The notes under the pieces were generated by a model. It had not been told where the DNA came from. It ran no database searches and saw only the letters and a list, made by a program, of their open reading frames with translations. A stretch of DNA of 64,000 nt from Syncephalis fuscata S228 (lineage: Eukaryota > Fungi > Zoopagomycota): NCBI GenBank assembly GCA_025786725.1, contig JAHLTZ010000045.1:62001-126000 (forward strand), written 5' to 3'. A program made the position numbers and the translations under genes. Of the stretch, positions 49,210-61,006 are shown one piece after another (the stretch's first letter is position 1; every line of letters begins with the position of its first letter).

Positions 49210-51153
49210 TGCAATGTGTGCCAAGTTAGCCGAGTTATAAAAAGAAAAAAGAAAAGATTAATAAACACTTTGCGTGTGTGTGTACTAATCAATTTACTAT
49301 CATGCCTATCACTATGACGCTTATCATTACACTTCCGTAGTCAAGGACACGTGAAAATCGACAAGGGACATCATTTTTAACCGGCACTTGCCGTATCCGA
49401 CCTCTTGCATCATTCCAATCTTGCCAACCTATTTTATCCAACGTATTGTGTGCGTGTTTGAATACAGTTCACTTCTTCTTTAGTTTATTTCTCGGTTCAG
49501 TTAAGCTATTTGTTGTTGTCATTATTGTGAATGCCGTGAATTGAATCGCTTTTACTTTGGTCAACGACTAATCTTTTGACATGCCAAAGGGTAAGTGCCA
49601 AGGCTATAGCGCTATCGTTTAAAGGGCAGAAAGCAGTCGTGGTGATTATTTTTGGTATAATGCTTTAAAGGGTCAATGCTGGTGGCTATACTCAGTATTC
49701 GGTATTCAGTACGGTGTTGTTGACTACTAGGCGGCGGTCGTGTCTATTCATCTATATTGCATCTAAGGCGGGGCCATGTCTTGGGTAGCGTTCCTTTGTA
49801 CGCGTATCACGTGTTGAGCTACCCCACATTTTAGTTACTGTAAAGTATCAACATCCAAGTAATACATCGTCTTTGGTAAAGAACTGTCGTACAAATAGTT
49901 CAAACTTTTATTCGCTGATTAAAACAGCAATATCTACTGTGGTTATTTATAGCGTAGTTTGCTTCTATAAAGTAGTATATTTACTAGCAATAGTTTGTTT
50001 AATAATGCGTAATGGCGGCAAAGGCTTATCATGACACGGGTGGAGTTTATATTAAAGGGCCGGTGTTGATAGGCTGTTTGTTTTGTCATTGGATCTAAAA
50101 GGATCACATTGGCTTTAGATAGAAAATTTCTACTTTTTCACATCGCCGCCTTTTATCGTTTGTTTATGCAAATATGCGCATCAACCTTTTTTAATTCATG
50201 CTACTGCTTAATTCTCGTATTTTTGTTTCCTAATTGCTCTCATTAAGTATTTTATGAGTTGGTGCGTTTATTGACCACCACAGCCATTGATAAGTCTAGG
50301 TAAGTAAGATGTGACATATGTTATGCTTTACCTTTTCTTTTACTGCTTAACAACAACAACGGGGGTGTACACTTTGCAGATTGCATATGCAGTACAGTAG
50401 ATTGCGTATTGCGTTGCATACAGTTCTATTTCTTTATACGCTTTTATGAGTGTGATTAGTGGCAACAGTAACAAAGTAGCTGCAAAAGCTAAGAACGCTT
50501 TACATTGTCCTTTTATTTGCTTATTTCTACAAGATCGCCACAGTACTTGCTTGTATCCCTTTTATGCTTTGTATAGTCACTGTTATGCATAGTATAGTGT
50601 TTGTTTAAGGTAATGAGGCATAACAACATTTTTTTTGTAGTGTTTGTATTGAAGATTGGTACACTAGTTGTCAAATACACTTGCTTGGCATTATTCTACT
50701 ATTGATAATAGATAATAGCTGGCATATTATCTCTATTATTATACTATTCCTATACTGTAGTTTTCAAAGTTTTTTCTTCTTATGACTGAGCTGTGGTCAC
50801 ATCTCCTTGTTTCATTGTGTAACTACTGATGACTATATTTATGCTAACAGCACGTGTGTCTTTTATTCTTGATGATTTATCAGGTGACAGTTGAACATTT
50901 GACTTGAGACGGTGATATTGTCCTTTTTTACGAACTGGTATCGCCTACTGTAACAACAATAACAATAACAACAATACTAACAACAATAACAATAACAACA
51001 ATAACAATAACAGCGACGAATTCATTGCTTCATCTTATTTTTACTGATTTTGATCACCGAGCAATTAAATAAGCATTTATTTCATTTTATTTCCACTATT
51101 ATTAGTTCAATTACACCAAGTTATCGCTATAATCTGTGATTAGTTTATTCAAT

Positions 51154-53118
51154 ATGCCGCACATTAGTCCATCCTCTTCGGAGGAACTTACCTACAATAC
51201 AATGCTACAGGTAAAGGTAGACTATTTCTGCCATAGTTGGTGTCAAGAAGAGGCCACTCGAACACAGCGTCTACTATGGTACAGAGGCGATTTACTTGCT
51301 CGATATGGATATGGAACAGGTGTACGTACACGCTGTGAAAATTTGCTTTGGCGTTTGCAATATATGTTATTGCCAGAACGAACGATTAAAGAACACGCCA
51401 ATGGTAATTGTGCTGCTACAAAGGCTGCACGTTGTATGGTGTCGCATGTATGGCGTAATCGATTTGAGAAATACAATTCACCGTTAATTGGGCCAGTCTA
51501 CTTGACGGGACGGCGATGGGGTCCACAACACCGTCCGCAAACCATTGGTCAAAGTAGTGCTATGCCTTTAAAGCGAACAGGCTCATTTAATGCAAAAATC
51601 AACCATGCTGATAGCAGTATGCGTTCTCTAACCGGCCAGCCTAATGGCTCTTATCGCTCAACGCCATCGATGCCGCGTGTTCTAAGTGATAGTGCACTTA
51701 GCTCTTGTATCAACCCGGCCAATATACATGGGGCTATGTCGATTGTACATTCTAAAAACGCCATAGCTTCTTCGTTAAACAGCGATAATGCCGAACTTGA
51801 CTCTATTAAAGCCAGTATTATTAGCAACAACAACAACAGCAGCAACATGCCTATTATGAAAGGCAGTCTAAAGTCAATACCATCACAAACATCAATTGCT
51901 TCAAATGCATTTGCAGCACAAATAGCTAATAGCAATTATTTAGGAACAGTACCTACAGCAGATAATATGGTACCTGGTCAAATGAACCTACCTATCAAAT
52001 CAGCACTAAAACGCTCTTATGGATCATTTATTCAAATGCATTCATCTGCTTACCAGCCTCACTTATGTGCATTGGATCATTTAGATCTAGCGGGCCAATT
52101 GACACCCAATCGACTTCGTAATTTGAATGAATCTCCTTGGGATGCCATTTCACTTCCTATTAACACCATACCCAGTACTGGTGATGGTCATGAGTCGTGT
52201 GATGGATCTTGTGATGGCAACGGAACGAATGAATGTGACTCGTCAGAAAATAGTTATATGACAGTTGCACCAGTACGTTCATTGTCGCATGGACAGGCGA
52301 GTGCTGCCAGTATTGATAGTCTATGCAGTAATGTGAGCGGCAATAGCTCTAGTCCATGTCAATGTAAGCACAGAGACAGTGCACCGTCTACACCGCCCAA
52401 GCCTCGTCTTACGTTTAAAGATACAGTAGAACGTCGTATCTACGTATCTGATTGTGAATATTCAATGCACCTGGAGCCATTGGATAATGCACTTTATATT
52501 CGACGAAAATCGTTTAGAAGACGATCTCGATCAAATAATAAGGGCGCAATAGGCCATGACGATAATGCAGATCATCATAAAGATCATGTATTAGACGAGG
52601 AAGACGAGAGAATATATGATCATGATCAAAAAGCCGGGATTATTGCCACCAATGACGATAATAAGCATTTAAGCCATTCAACCGTAAATATAATACAATC
52701 TAAAGAAGGTATGAATTTATGGGAAAGTAGCAATAATTCAAAGGACAATTTAATAGATCATTCCAGTGATGCACTTTCTCATTTAAGACCAAGTAATCAT
52801 TTAGATGATGAACATGATATATCATCATTAAGTATTGGATGGTCATTTGAAGACGACGACGATGAAGAAGACGAGGAAGAGGATGACGAAGAAGAGGATG
52901 ACGAAGAAGACGACGATGATACATTAGTAGAAGCAGAATCTAATCAAAATACGCTATCTCAGTTACGTTCTCGTCGTCGTCATCGACGTTGTCGTCGTGG
53001 ACCTACAGCCGGTCAACGGGCAGCCGCAGTAGCCGGCAATATTATTGAACTAATTAACGAGGCCTGTGATCTTATTCATTGGATGGCTAGTGTATGGTTA
53101 ACCGGATATTATATTTAA
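51154..53118 (+). CDS. Reg1-like / DUF1752-like low-complexity protein, possible PP1 regulatory subunit
   Basis: Intronless ORF of ~654 aa from the first ATG. VDYFCHSW...RCENLLWR resembles the Reg1 VDYLSHxW...RLENASWR block; KSALKRS and RLTFKDTVE resemble SILK and RVxF-type motifs; acidic tract near the C-terminus. Confidence 0.6.
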   Translation: MPHISPSSSEELTYNTMLQVKVDYFCHSWCQEEATRTQRLLWYRGDLLARYGYGTGVRTRCENLLWRLQYMLLPERTIKEHANGNCAATKAARCMVSHVWRNRFEKYNSPLIGPVYLTGRRWGPQHRPQTIGQSSAMPLKRTGSFNAKINHADSSMRSLTGQPNGSYRSTPSMPRVLSDSALSSCINPANIHGAMSIVHSKNAIASSLNSDNAELDSIKASIISNNNNSSNMPIMKGSLKSIPSQTSIASNAFAAQIANSNYLGTVPTADNMVPGQMNLPIKSALKRSYGSFIQMHSSAYQPHLCALDHLDLAGQLTPNRLRNLNESPWDAISLPINTIPSTGDGHESCDGSCDGNGTNECDSSENSYMTVAPVRSLSHGQASAASIDSLCSNVSGNSSSPCQCKHRDSAPSTPPKPRLTFKDTVERRIYVSDCEYSMHLEPLDNALYIRRKSFRRRSRSNNKGAIGHDDNADHHKDHVLDEEDERIYDHDQKAGIIATNDDNKHLSHSTVNIIQSKEGMNLWESSNNSKDNLIDHSSDALSHLRPSNHLDDEHDISSLSIGWSFEDDDDEEDEEEDDEEEDDEEDDDDTLVEAESNQNTLSQLRSRRRHRRCRRGPTAGQRAAAVAGNIIELINEACDLIHWMASVWLTGYYI

Positions 53119-53236
53119 AAGAGGTCGATATCATTTATTAAGAGGAATGCGCATTGCTTATTTTCTTTGCATATTATTTATGTTGCTGTTTTATATTAAA
53201 TTTGATATTTTTAACATTTATTTAAATCTATTCATT

Positions 53237-54845
53237 TTAAGTGTGGAAAAGTTGATCCACATTATCGATGGCTTTACGTGGATCATCACGATAATAAACA
53301 AAATGGCCTTGTAATGCCGCGGCACTTAATGCTTTACCGTGTTGTTTACTTTGAAGACGACAAGCGGCTACAAATGCATCAGCCTCGGTGTTATGTGTTT
53401 CGTAAAAGCGTAGGAATAGTTCACGTATTTGGTGGTCACTAACATCACCAAGTAGCGCTTTAACATCCACTCGACCGGGTCTTATAAGTGCCGAATCTAA
53501 TCGTTCTAAATGGTTGGTGGTCATAAATATAATACGTTCTTCAGCGGCTGCCACACCATCCAATGCATTTAACAGTCCACTAAATGTTACCATTGAAGCA
53601 TATCTAGTATCTAATGGTTAATAAAATGTATATATTATTATTATTGTTATGCCTATACCCTTGCTTATCCGATTGTATACGTTGACTAAATGCTGCATCG
53701 ACATCTTCTAGTAATAGAATACTTCGTTCGGGCGTATTGCCCAATAAATGATTTAATCGATCATCTGTTAGTCCAGGTTCACTTAGATTCAATAAGCATA
53801 TATTGTAACCAAGTTCGCCGGCCAATGCTTGAATGAATGAACTTTTACCACTACCTGGTGGTCCATATAATAGGTAGCCTCGTCGATAAGGAATACCTAG
53901 GTATTTTATGCTTAGTACTACTATTATTAGTTAGATAGTATGGTGTACTACCTCTATTTGTATACCATTGGCCATTGGCAATAAATGACTTGACATCGTT
54001 GACTAGATGCTGTTTAAGATTTAGATCGAGAATGACCGAGTCTAAAGGCCGGCGTTTACGTGGCTGACCAAAAGGACGCCATTCTGGTCCATAACTACAA
54101 TAAATAACGGTTTTGCCTTCTTGACTTGCTAAGGCACGCGATCGGGCCTCCACTAGCATGTCATTGAGTACAGTACGATCACGCGATAGTGTGGTAATCA
54201 TGATAGTTTCATAAGGACTACCGGTGGATAGATCCATTAAACGGCTATCACGGCGTCGTTCTACCTAATAAATATAATATAATAAATTATAGCGTGTTTT
54301 AATATAATGTAAATATTAATGTCATCATAATGATATCGATAACAACAATATAATCGATTTACCTGCATCCAAGCACCATGCCAGCGAAACCAATGCTTGC
54401 CAGGTCCAGGCACTAGAGAGAATTCAGTTGTTACTGCACCATTTTCGTGTTGTTTAAACGCTGTTTGTACGGCAAGGTGAGGACTATGTTGTTGTGCACC
54501 CCGATCAATCATCCAGTTAAGTAGCCAGGGATAGCTTTTATCACGCGACGGAATTTCCAGCGTAACAAGTAGACGACGTTGTAGTAGCGTACCCGTTTGC
54601 ATAATACCACGTCTTAATAGCGAAAGTGCTACACCTACACCAACAAGGCCTAAACCGGCGCCAAAAAGCGGATTCGTCGACCAAGTATTTAATAAACTAT
54701 TGCTAGAGCTATTATTACCCTGTTCTAATTGAATAGCTTTATGAGAAGGTAGCGTGTCGGTTGCCGTTACTGTCGGTGTTACTGTTGTTGTTGTTGGTGG
54801 TGGTGGTGGTGCTGTTTCAGCACCTATAGAAGAAGATACGTCCAT
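53237..54845 (-). CDS. BCS1: Mitochondrial AAA chaperone Bcs1, 4 exons
   Basis: [10 protein letters not shown]; [13 protein letters not shown]; LVPGPGKH; [19 protein letters not shown]; [16 protein letters not shown]; LLEDVDAAF; [13 protein letters not shown]; [20 protein letters not shown]. Confidence 0.96.
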
Positions 54846-55127
54846 TGTTAGTGTAGTATAGCTGGAAAAAGAAGAAACAAATCTATTGTAATAATATTTA
54901 GAATTACTACTTAATATTAGTAAATGTGTTTGTAGTAATAAACAATTAAATCAATTATTAAGACTGTGATGACGATAATCATAACAATAGTAATACTAAT
55001 AGGTTAATATTAATAGCCAATTCATTTAAATCGTCTTTCCTTTATTCACCTTATACCTGCTCATCAACCGTGCACTACTATCTTTATTCTTTATTATCTG
55101 ATAAGTAAAAGAGCAACAAACGACAGT

Positions 55128-58024
55128 ATGGCGTCAATAGATAGCCTGTTCGAGTCATCTACATTTGACGTGTTTGTACCAGCTCTGCCACTTGACCAGG
55201 AAACAAGCCGTCCACTCCTAGATGACCTAGTACTGGCCCATGAGCTTGACTATGCACTATTCGGTAAGTTATTCAACAATTCATATACTTGATTGAATAA
55301 CAATGTTTAGATGAAAAGTTGACCGTTTACGTAATGGGTCGGGTTCAGTTGCCAGAATCCGCGTCTTCTACAGTACAAGACAATGAGAATGACGACAACG
55401 ATAGCAACAACAACAACAACAACAACAATAGTAACAGTAATAATAAGAGCAAGCCAGACCAGGATGCTACAGTGCCTATTGCTATACAGTCGTTGTTTAA
55501 GAATCTAACCGTACAGCTCGATGCTACTATTGTCGAACCTATGGCACCGTCATCGCCTGTATTTTCACCATCCGATTCAAATACGAGTAGTTTGGGCACA
55601 CCTACAGGCCGACCCGTATCTCCATTACCGCCTGGACAACAACCAGTGCGTATGGATCCATCTACGCCTACACCTACACTACAACCACCATCGCCACATG
55701 CTAGTGCACCTACATCGCCGGTAATAGGACCTAGTGGAACACCACAACGTACATTGCCACGCCGATCCTCGTCTATTCGTAATGTTTCGTTGTCGCCAGG
55801 CCTTGGACCGCGTCGTAATAGTGAAATGAGACAACTAAGCGATGGATGGGCTGGCACTCAAATATTCCAAGAGAAACAACTTGCTCGAGATAGTCTAACT
55901 AGTGATGGTGATATTCAACGCTATAATGAGCAATGGGGCTGTGTATTTCAATTTACCGTGCCAGTTTGTAGGTTATTAGATACATATTAGCTGTAATAAT
56001 AATGATTACTAAATTATAATGTTACAATAGCATTTATTAAAATTGGTGATCGTTCCCGTACTCTTTTGTTAACAGCAACGATAACCAAACTAAGGAGCTC
56101 GGTTATGGGCGATGAAAAGAACATAGCTAATATGGCTGAAAGTAAAATAATGATGACAACGACAGTGCCACAAATAGTTGCTAATGGTAATGGTACTGAT
56201 GCTATATCAGGTAAGTAGATTGGAATTGTATTAATATTGGCTAATGTATATTGTATTTAATAAGATGCACCAATATCTGAAAGTCCACGACGTGGCTCAA
56301 TAGCCTCAATTACCTCTATTAATGCCGATGTACCCGATGTAGTTATAGACGATTCGAACGATTCAAGTCGTGTACCCACTGCCACTCCAGTGTCTCGATC
56401 GACATCTGGTATACAGGCCAATGAAGGCATTATTAAAAAGTCGGCCACAAAAACGATGTCCGTTAGATCGGCTGTCAACACAATTGCCAAAGTGACCTGG
56501 ACTTCATTACTTGAAAATACACTTATTCTAGCCATTGATATTGATAATGAAGTTAATGCATCACACGACATTACACTAAATAGTCTCAAGGTTGATATTA
56601 CTAGTGCAGTATTAAGGCCCTGTGGACCACACTTTGATCAAGTAAGTTTTAATAATATTTATAATATGAATATAAGTAATGATTTATTTAATTAGGCGGT
56701 TAAATTGTTACCTGGTGATCAATATACACAATTATATCATTTGACCATTTTGGATGATGATCGTAAGCCGTCAATTCAGCCACCACCACCACAAATGATG
56801 GTGCCATCATTTGCTAGACCTGGACCGGATGGTGAATTTCCACAACTATTTACACCAGCACAAATCGAGAGTAAATTACGAGAAGTGCGTTTGCAGTTAT
56901 CGTGTACAGTCCATACTGCCACTGAAGAGATTATGAAACGAGAAGTCAACTCAGACTGGCGATTCTTTGTTGATTCTAGCGATGCGGCAAAACGCCGTGT
57001 ACAAGAACAATTTAGATCAGGTGGAGCACGTACTGTGCGTGTATTTCCTCCTTCAGAGCCTATGACACCGCAAGGTGGACCTCGTCCTGGACGACCTAGT
57101 GGTGGTAGTGGCACACCCAGTGGCGGTGGCACCCTAATATGTTAAGTCCATCTGCTCCTAATTCTACTCGACCTATGCTGGCCGTCACACAGGTGCTGGT
57201 GCTGGTGGTGCCGGTGGCGATATTAAAGGCCGTGGTAGACGTGCATTTACACTCGATAGAACAAATGAAGACTCGTCATTTGGTGGACCTGGATTAGTTA
57301 TTTCATTTTCAGGTAAATCGACTAATGTTACAATTACATTGATACTAATTATTGTATTAAATATAAATATGTTTAGTTAATGGACCAGTTATTTATGAAC
57401 AAGAATTTGTCGTTGAAGCATTTCTAGTGAATCGATCACATCGTACAAAGAATTTTACTGTGCTTATTCCAAGTCGACAAAGTGTTGCAGTAATACACAG
57501 CGATATCGACGGTAAATAGCTACAACAACAGTTTACTATTCGCTAATACATAGTCAATAATAGACCAACGATAGTAACAGAGACGCGTGCTGCAGGACTA
57601 CATGTAGATACACATATGAGAGGTGATAGTAAGTAGAAGTGACTAATAGTTATGTAATAGTGTAAATTAATAATAACAATAACGTATATTCAACATGACA
57701 TTATAGCCATTATTGAGAAACAACGACGTAGTCTACAAAACCATGCATCTCTAGTCTGTCTCGACAATCATATCCGTTTAAGGTAAGTATCAATACTGTT
57801 ATTGGTAATATTGAGTTATATAGATTACAAATTAATTGTTATAATATCTGTTTCTTATTACTAGTCCATTGCAACCAGGTGCATGTCTTTCGGTCTATTT
57901 ACACTTTGTTCCATTCCGTGAACATTTCAACACTATTGAATTAGTACAATTGTTTGACAAGGATACAGGCTCAATGACCAGTCTACGCGATGTTTTGGAT
58001 GTTTATGTACAGCCCAGTGCATAG
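55128..58024 (+). CDS. Probable TRAPP II-specific subunit Trs65-like protein, multi-exon
   Basis: About 8 GT-AG-bounded exons. N-terminal ..ALFDEKLTVYV; C-terminal LVCLDNHIRLSPLQPGACLSVYLHF..IELVQLFD resembles the Trs65 C-terminal block. Two apparent 1-nt deletions near 57133 and 57172. Confidence 0.55.
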
Positions 58025-58183
58025 AATGTATGCTATAATCTATCATCGGATGTAGATTGAAACCAATGCTTTATTTTGTTTTATCTGCAGTCCAATATAA
58101 CCACGTTCAATTCACGCTCACAATACAAAGACAATAACGACGATAGCAACAACAACAACAATCATAACCATATCAATATGTCT

Positions 58184-58956
58184 TTAAGATGATTTCGGCA
58201 TTACTTGTACCTCCGAGATACGTAATAGTGTGTAGTGGTGACGGTACCGAAGGCGACGATGATAATTTTTTCGTTTTTTGAATTTAATTTTAATTACCTA
58301 GTAAATGAATGCGCAGTAATAGATATTAATAAATTAAATATTATTATTAATAATAATAGGGTCAGTGTTAATATTTACCTGACTGCCTTTGGGCTCTTCA
58401 ATAACTGTGGCTCTTACACGAATAATACGTGAATCAACCAATGGCTTGCCAAATAGCGTATAATCCATAGTACCTATTTCTCGGATTCGGTCAAGTTCAA
58501 GAATATCGCCTACTTTTGCGTTTCGAAGTCGATCTACAACAACGATATCGTTTTTGGTAACGAGAAATGAACGGCCCATAATCTCAGCTACAGCATAGTG
58601 TTCCTTTTGTTCACGTAGTAATTGGGCAGCTTGTTGAATGTCTTGTGGTATATCAGCGATTGCTGTATCCGTAGTAGAAGTAGCAGTACCGGTAAGTACG
58701 GTTGGCGTATTGGAAATTGCCGTTGCTACTGGCTCAATAGGCGGTATTGCAGGCTGTGTATTTGTCGTATAGAGAGGAATAATAGAAGCCGCTACAATCA
58801 ACGACATGTTAAGCAAAGTAGGCATATAAACTGTATTGTAGGTAACTTACTTGAAATCGGACGTAGAGTCAATAGATTTGGTGACATTGATCGCGTAGCC
58901 GGCATCGCCGTCGTCCAGGCACGAGATCGCGCAACAGTAGCCAGTCGTGACCACAT
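58184..58956 (-). CDS. MRPL49: Mitochondrial ribosomal protein bL21m (yeast Mrpl49-like), 3 exons
   Basis: Arg-rich presequence; YAVAEIMGRSFLVTKND..VGDILELDRIREIGTMDYTLFGKP..VRATVIE..KFKKRKNYHRR..YTLLRISEV. Confidence 0.85.
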
Positions 58957-59153
58957 AATGGTGTAGACAAGTGATAAATAAGAATGAACGATCTACAATC
59001 TGAATAAAAGAATTAATAAGATATTACGCGCTTTTATTTTTATCTTTTTTAAATTACGGATCGTTTATTCTTTCCCAGCTGAACCACATTGAACACCCTT
59101 TTATTGGCCGTACTGGTCAGCTGTAAACTATAACTATATACGAATAAATAAAT

Positions 59154-60357
59154 ATGCGTCATTTGATTCGACTAAGTGCATCAGGTATACGGCGTCAATG
59201 TCGTTTAGGAGTAACTAGTGTTCAGGTAGGTGGGTCACCCTTAATTGATACCATAGCTAATATGTTTAATAGACGGTGGCTGGGCCTTTCCATTCACCAA
59301 TGGTCTGTGCATCATCGAGTAGACAAATGATGGTGCCGATGTTAGCCACATCAATGAACATGTTCATGCAGCCATGGCCGCAACAGCAGCGGTATTTTGC
59401 GGCAAAGAAGAAGAATAAGAAGGGTAAACGCGGTGCTGATGCCGATGAAGATATGAACGACGATATAGTAGAGGAGCTAACGAGCAAGAAGGGAGGAGGG
59501 AAGCGCCATAGTCTATCTGAAGCAGATGTTGAAGCTGCTGAAGGAGCCGCTAGTCAATTTCATATTAATACATTTGAAGATAAAATGAATGGCTGTATAA
59601 AGCGATTACAAAAGGAGTTTAGTCAATTGCGTTCAGTTCGTGCTAATCCAGGTAATTAATGATAAGTTATGATATATTTTAATAACGATATATGTATATG
59701 TATATGTATATGTATATTAGCTATACTTGATACGGTTCAAGTACAAGTAGAAGGTCAAAAAGCACCATTACAACAACTAGCTCAAGTATCAGTACGTGAT
59801 CCATTAATGCTTGTTGTAACAACTTATGATCCATCAGTAAGTCATTTATGTAATATTTATTGTAATTGATACAAATGTTAAATAGATGATATCAGCGGTT
59901 GATAAGGCAATTCGATCCGCTGGTCTGAATCTTAATCCAACGGTGGATGGTAAATTACTTCGTGTTCCGATTCCAAAGTAAATTAGCTTTTTACAGCTAC
60001 TATTACCTAGCGCTAAATCTATATATTAGAATGACCAAGCAAATACGTGATGAAGTGGCTAAACAAGCAACGCAAATTGCCGAACAAGCACGTAGTCATA
60101 TTCGTGCCGTTCGACAAGATGCACTAAAACACTTGAAGAAATTAGAATTATCAAAAGATGATACACGACATATGGAGAAACAGGTATCGTAATAATAATA
60201 ATAATAATAACAATAATAGTATATCTAATTAACTAACTAACTATCAACGACGTATTCATTGTTTATATTTATTTAGGTACAAACACTTACGGATAAATTT
60301 GTACAACAAGTGGATCAAGCAATGAAAGCTAAAGTGAATGATATTACATCTGGTTAA
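59154..60357 (+). CDS. RRF1: Mitochondrial ribosome recycling factor, ~6 exons
   Basis: Presequence; LRSVRANPAILDTVQV..PLQQLAQVSVRD..AVDKAIRSAGLNLNP..LLRVPIPK..HIRAVRQDALK..SKDD..EKQVQTLTD. Confidence 0.9.
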
Positions 60358-60444
60358 AACTGTAAACAGTTTTAAAGAGTAGTTTAGTTTTATGAACCCC
60401 TGTTTGATTTTAGCCATTCCGTAATTGTCCACAGACACTTATGC

Positions 60445-60488
60445 ACACACACACACACACACACAGACACAGACATAGACACACAGAC
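60445..60488. repeat. (CA)n microsatellite with degenerate (CAGACA)n extension
   Basis: Seen directly. Confidence 0.9.
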
Positions 60489-61006
60489 TATGGATATACG
60501 TACTTTTGACCACCATTTATAATGATGATACGGAGAGTGATAGTTGGACAAGGATCTAGCATAATAATAAACAATTATTTTATTAATTAATTATAATTAT
60601 AGTTGCTTATAATAATAATAATATAGACTATTTATCGATAATACTAATTTATGATATTTACAAACGATGACGAATAGAAGGAATGTATGAATGAAACGGA
60701 CAAATCAAAAGTCAATCAAAAATGATAGTTCCTCTTTACTATCTTTAACTATTATTATAATGCTGTAATGGCTATCACATTAGTATTATGACAATAACTA
60801 CAGCCATAGTGGATGATGTTCTATAATGACTACGGCTCCGATCTTTCCGCCTGCCTCCGTTCATCCTCACGGATATACACGCCTAGTTCCTACCCTTCCC
60901 CCTCACACTATTCCCACTCGTGCCTTCTTCTCTCCTCTTTCGCGTCGGCTTTTACGCGTTTCTTCCCTTTAAACACTTTCTTACTTTGGTACTGTTGTTG
61001 TCTACG

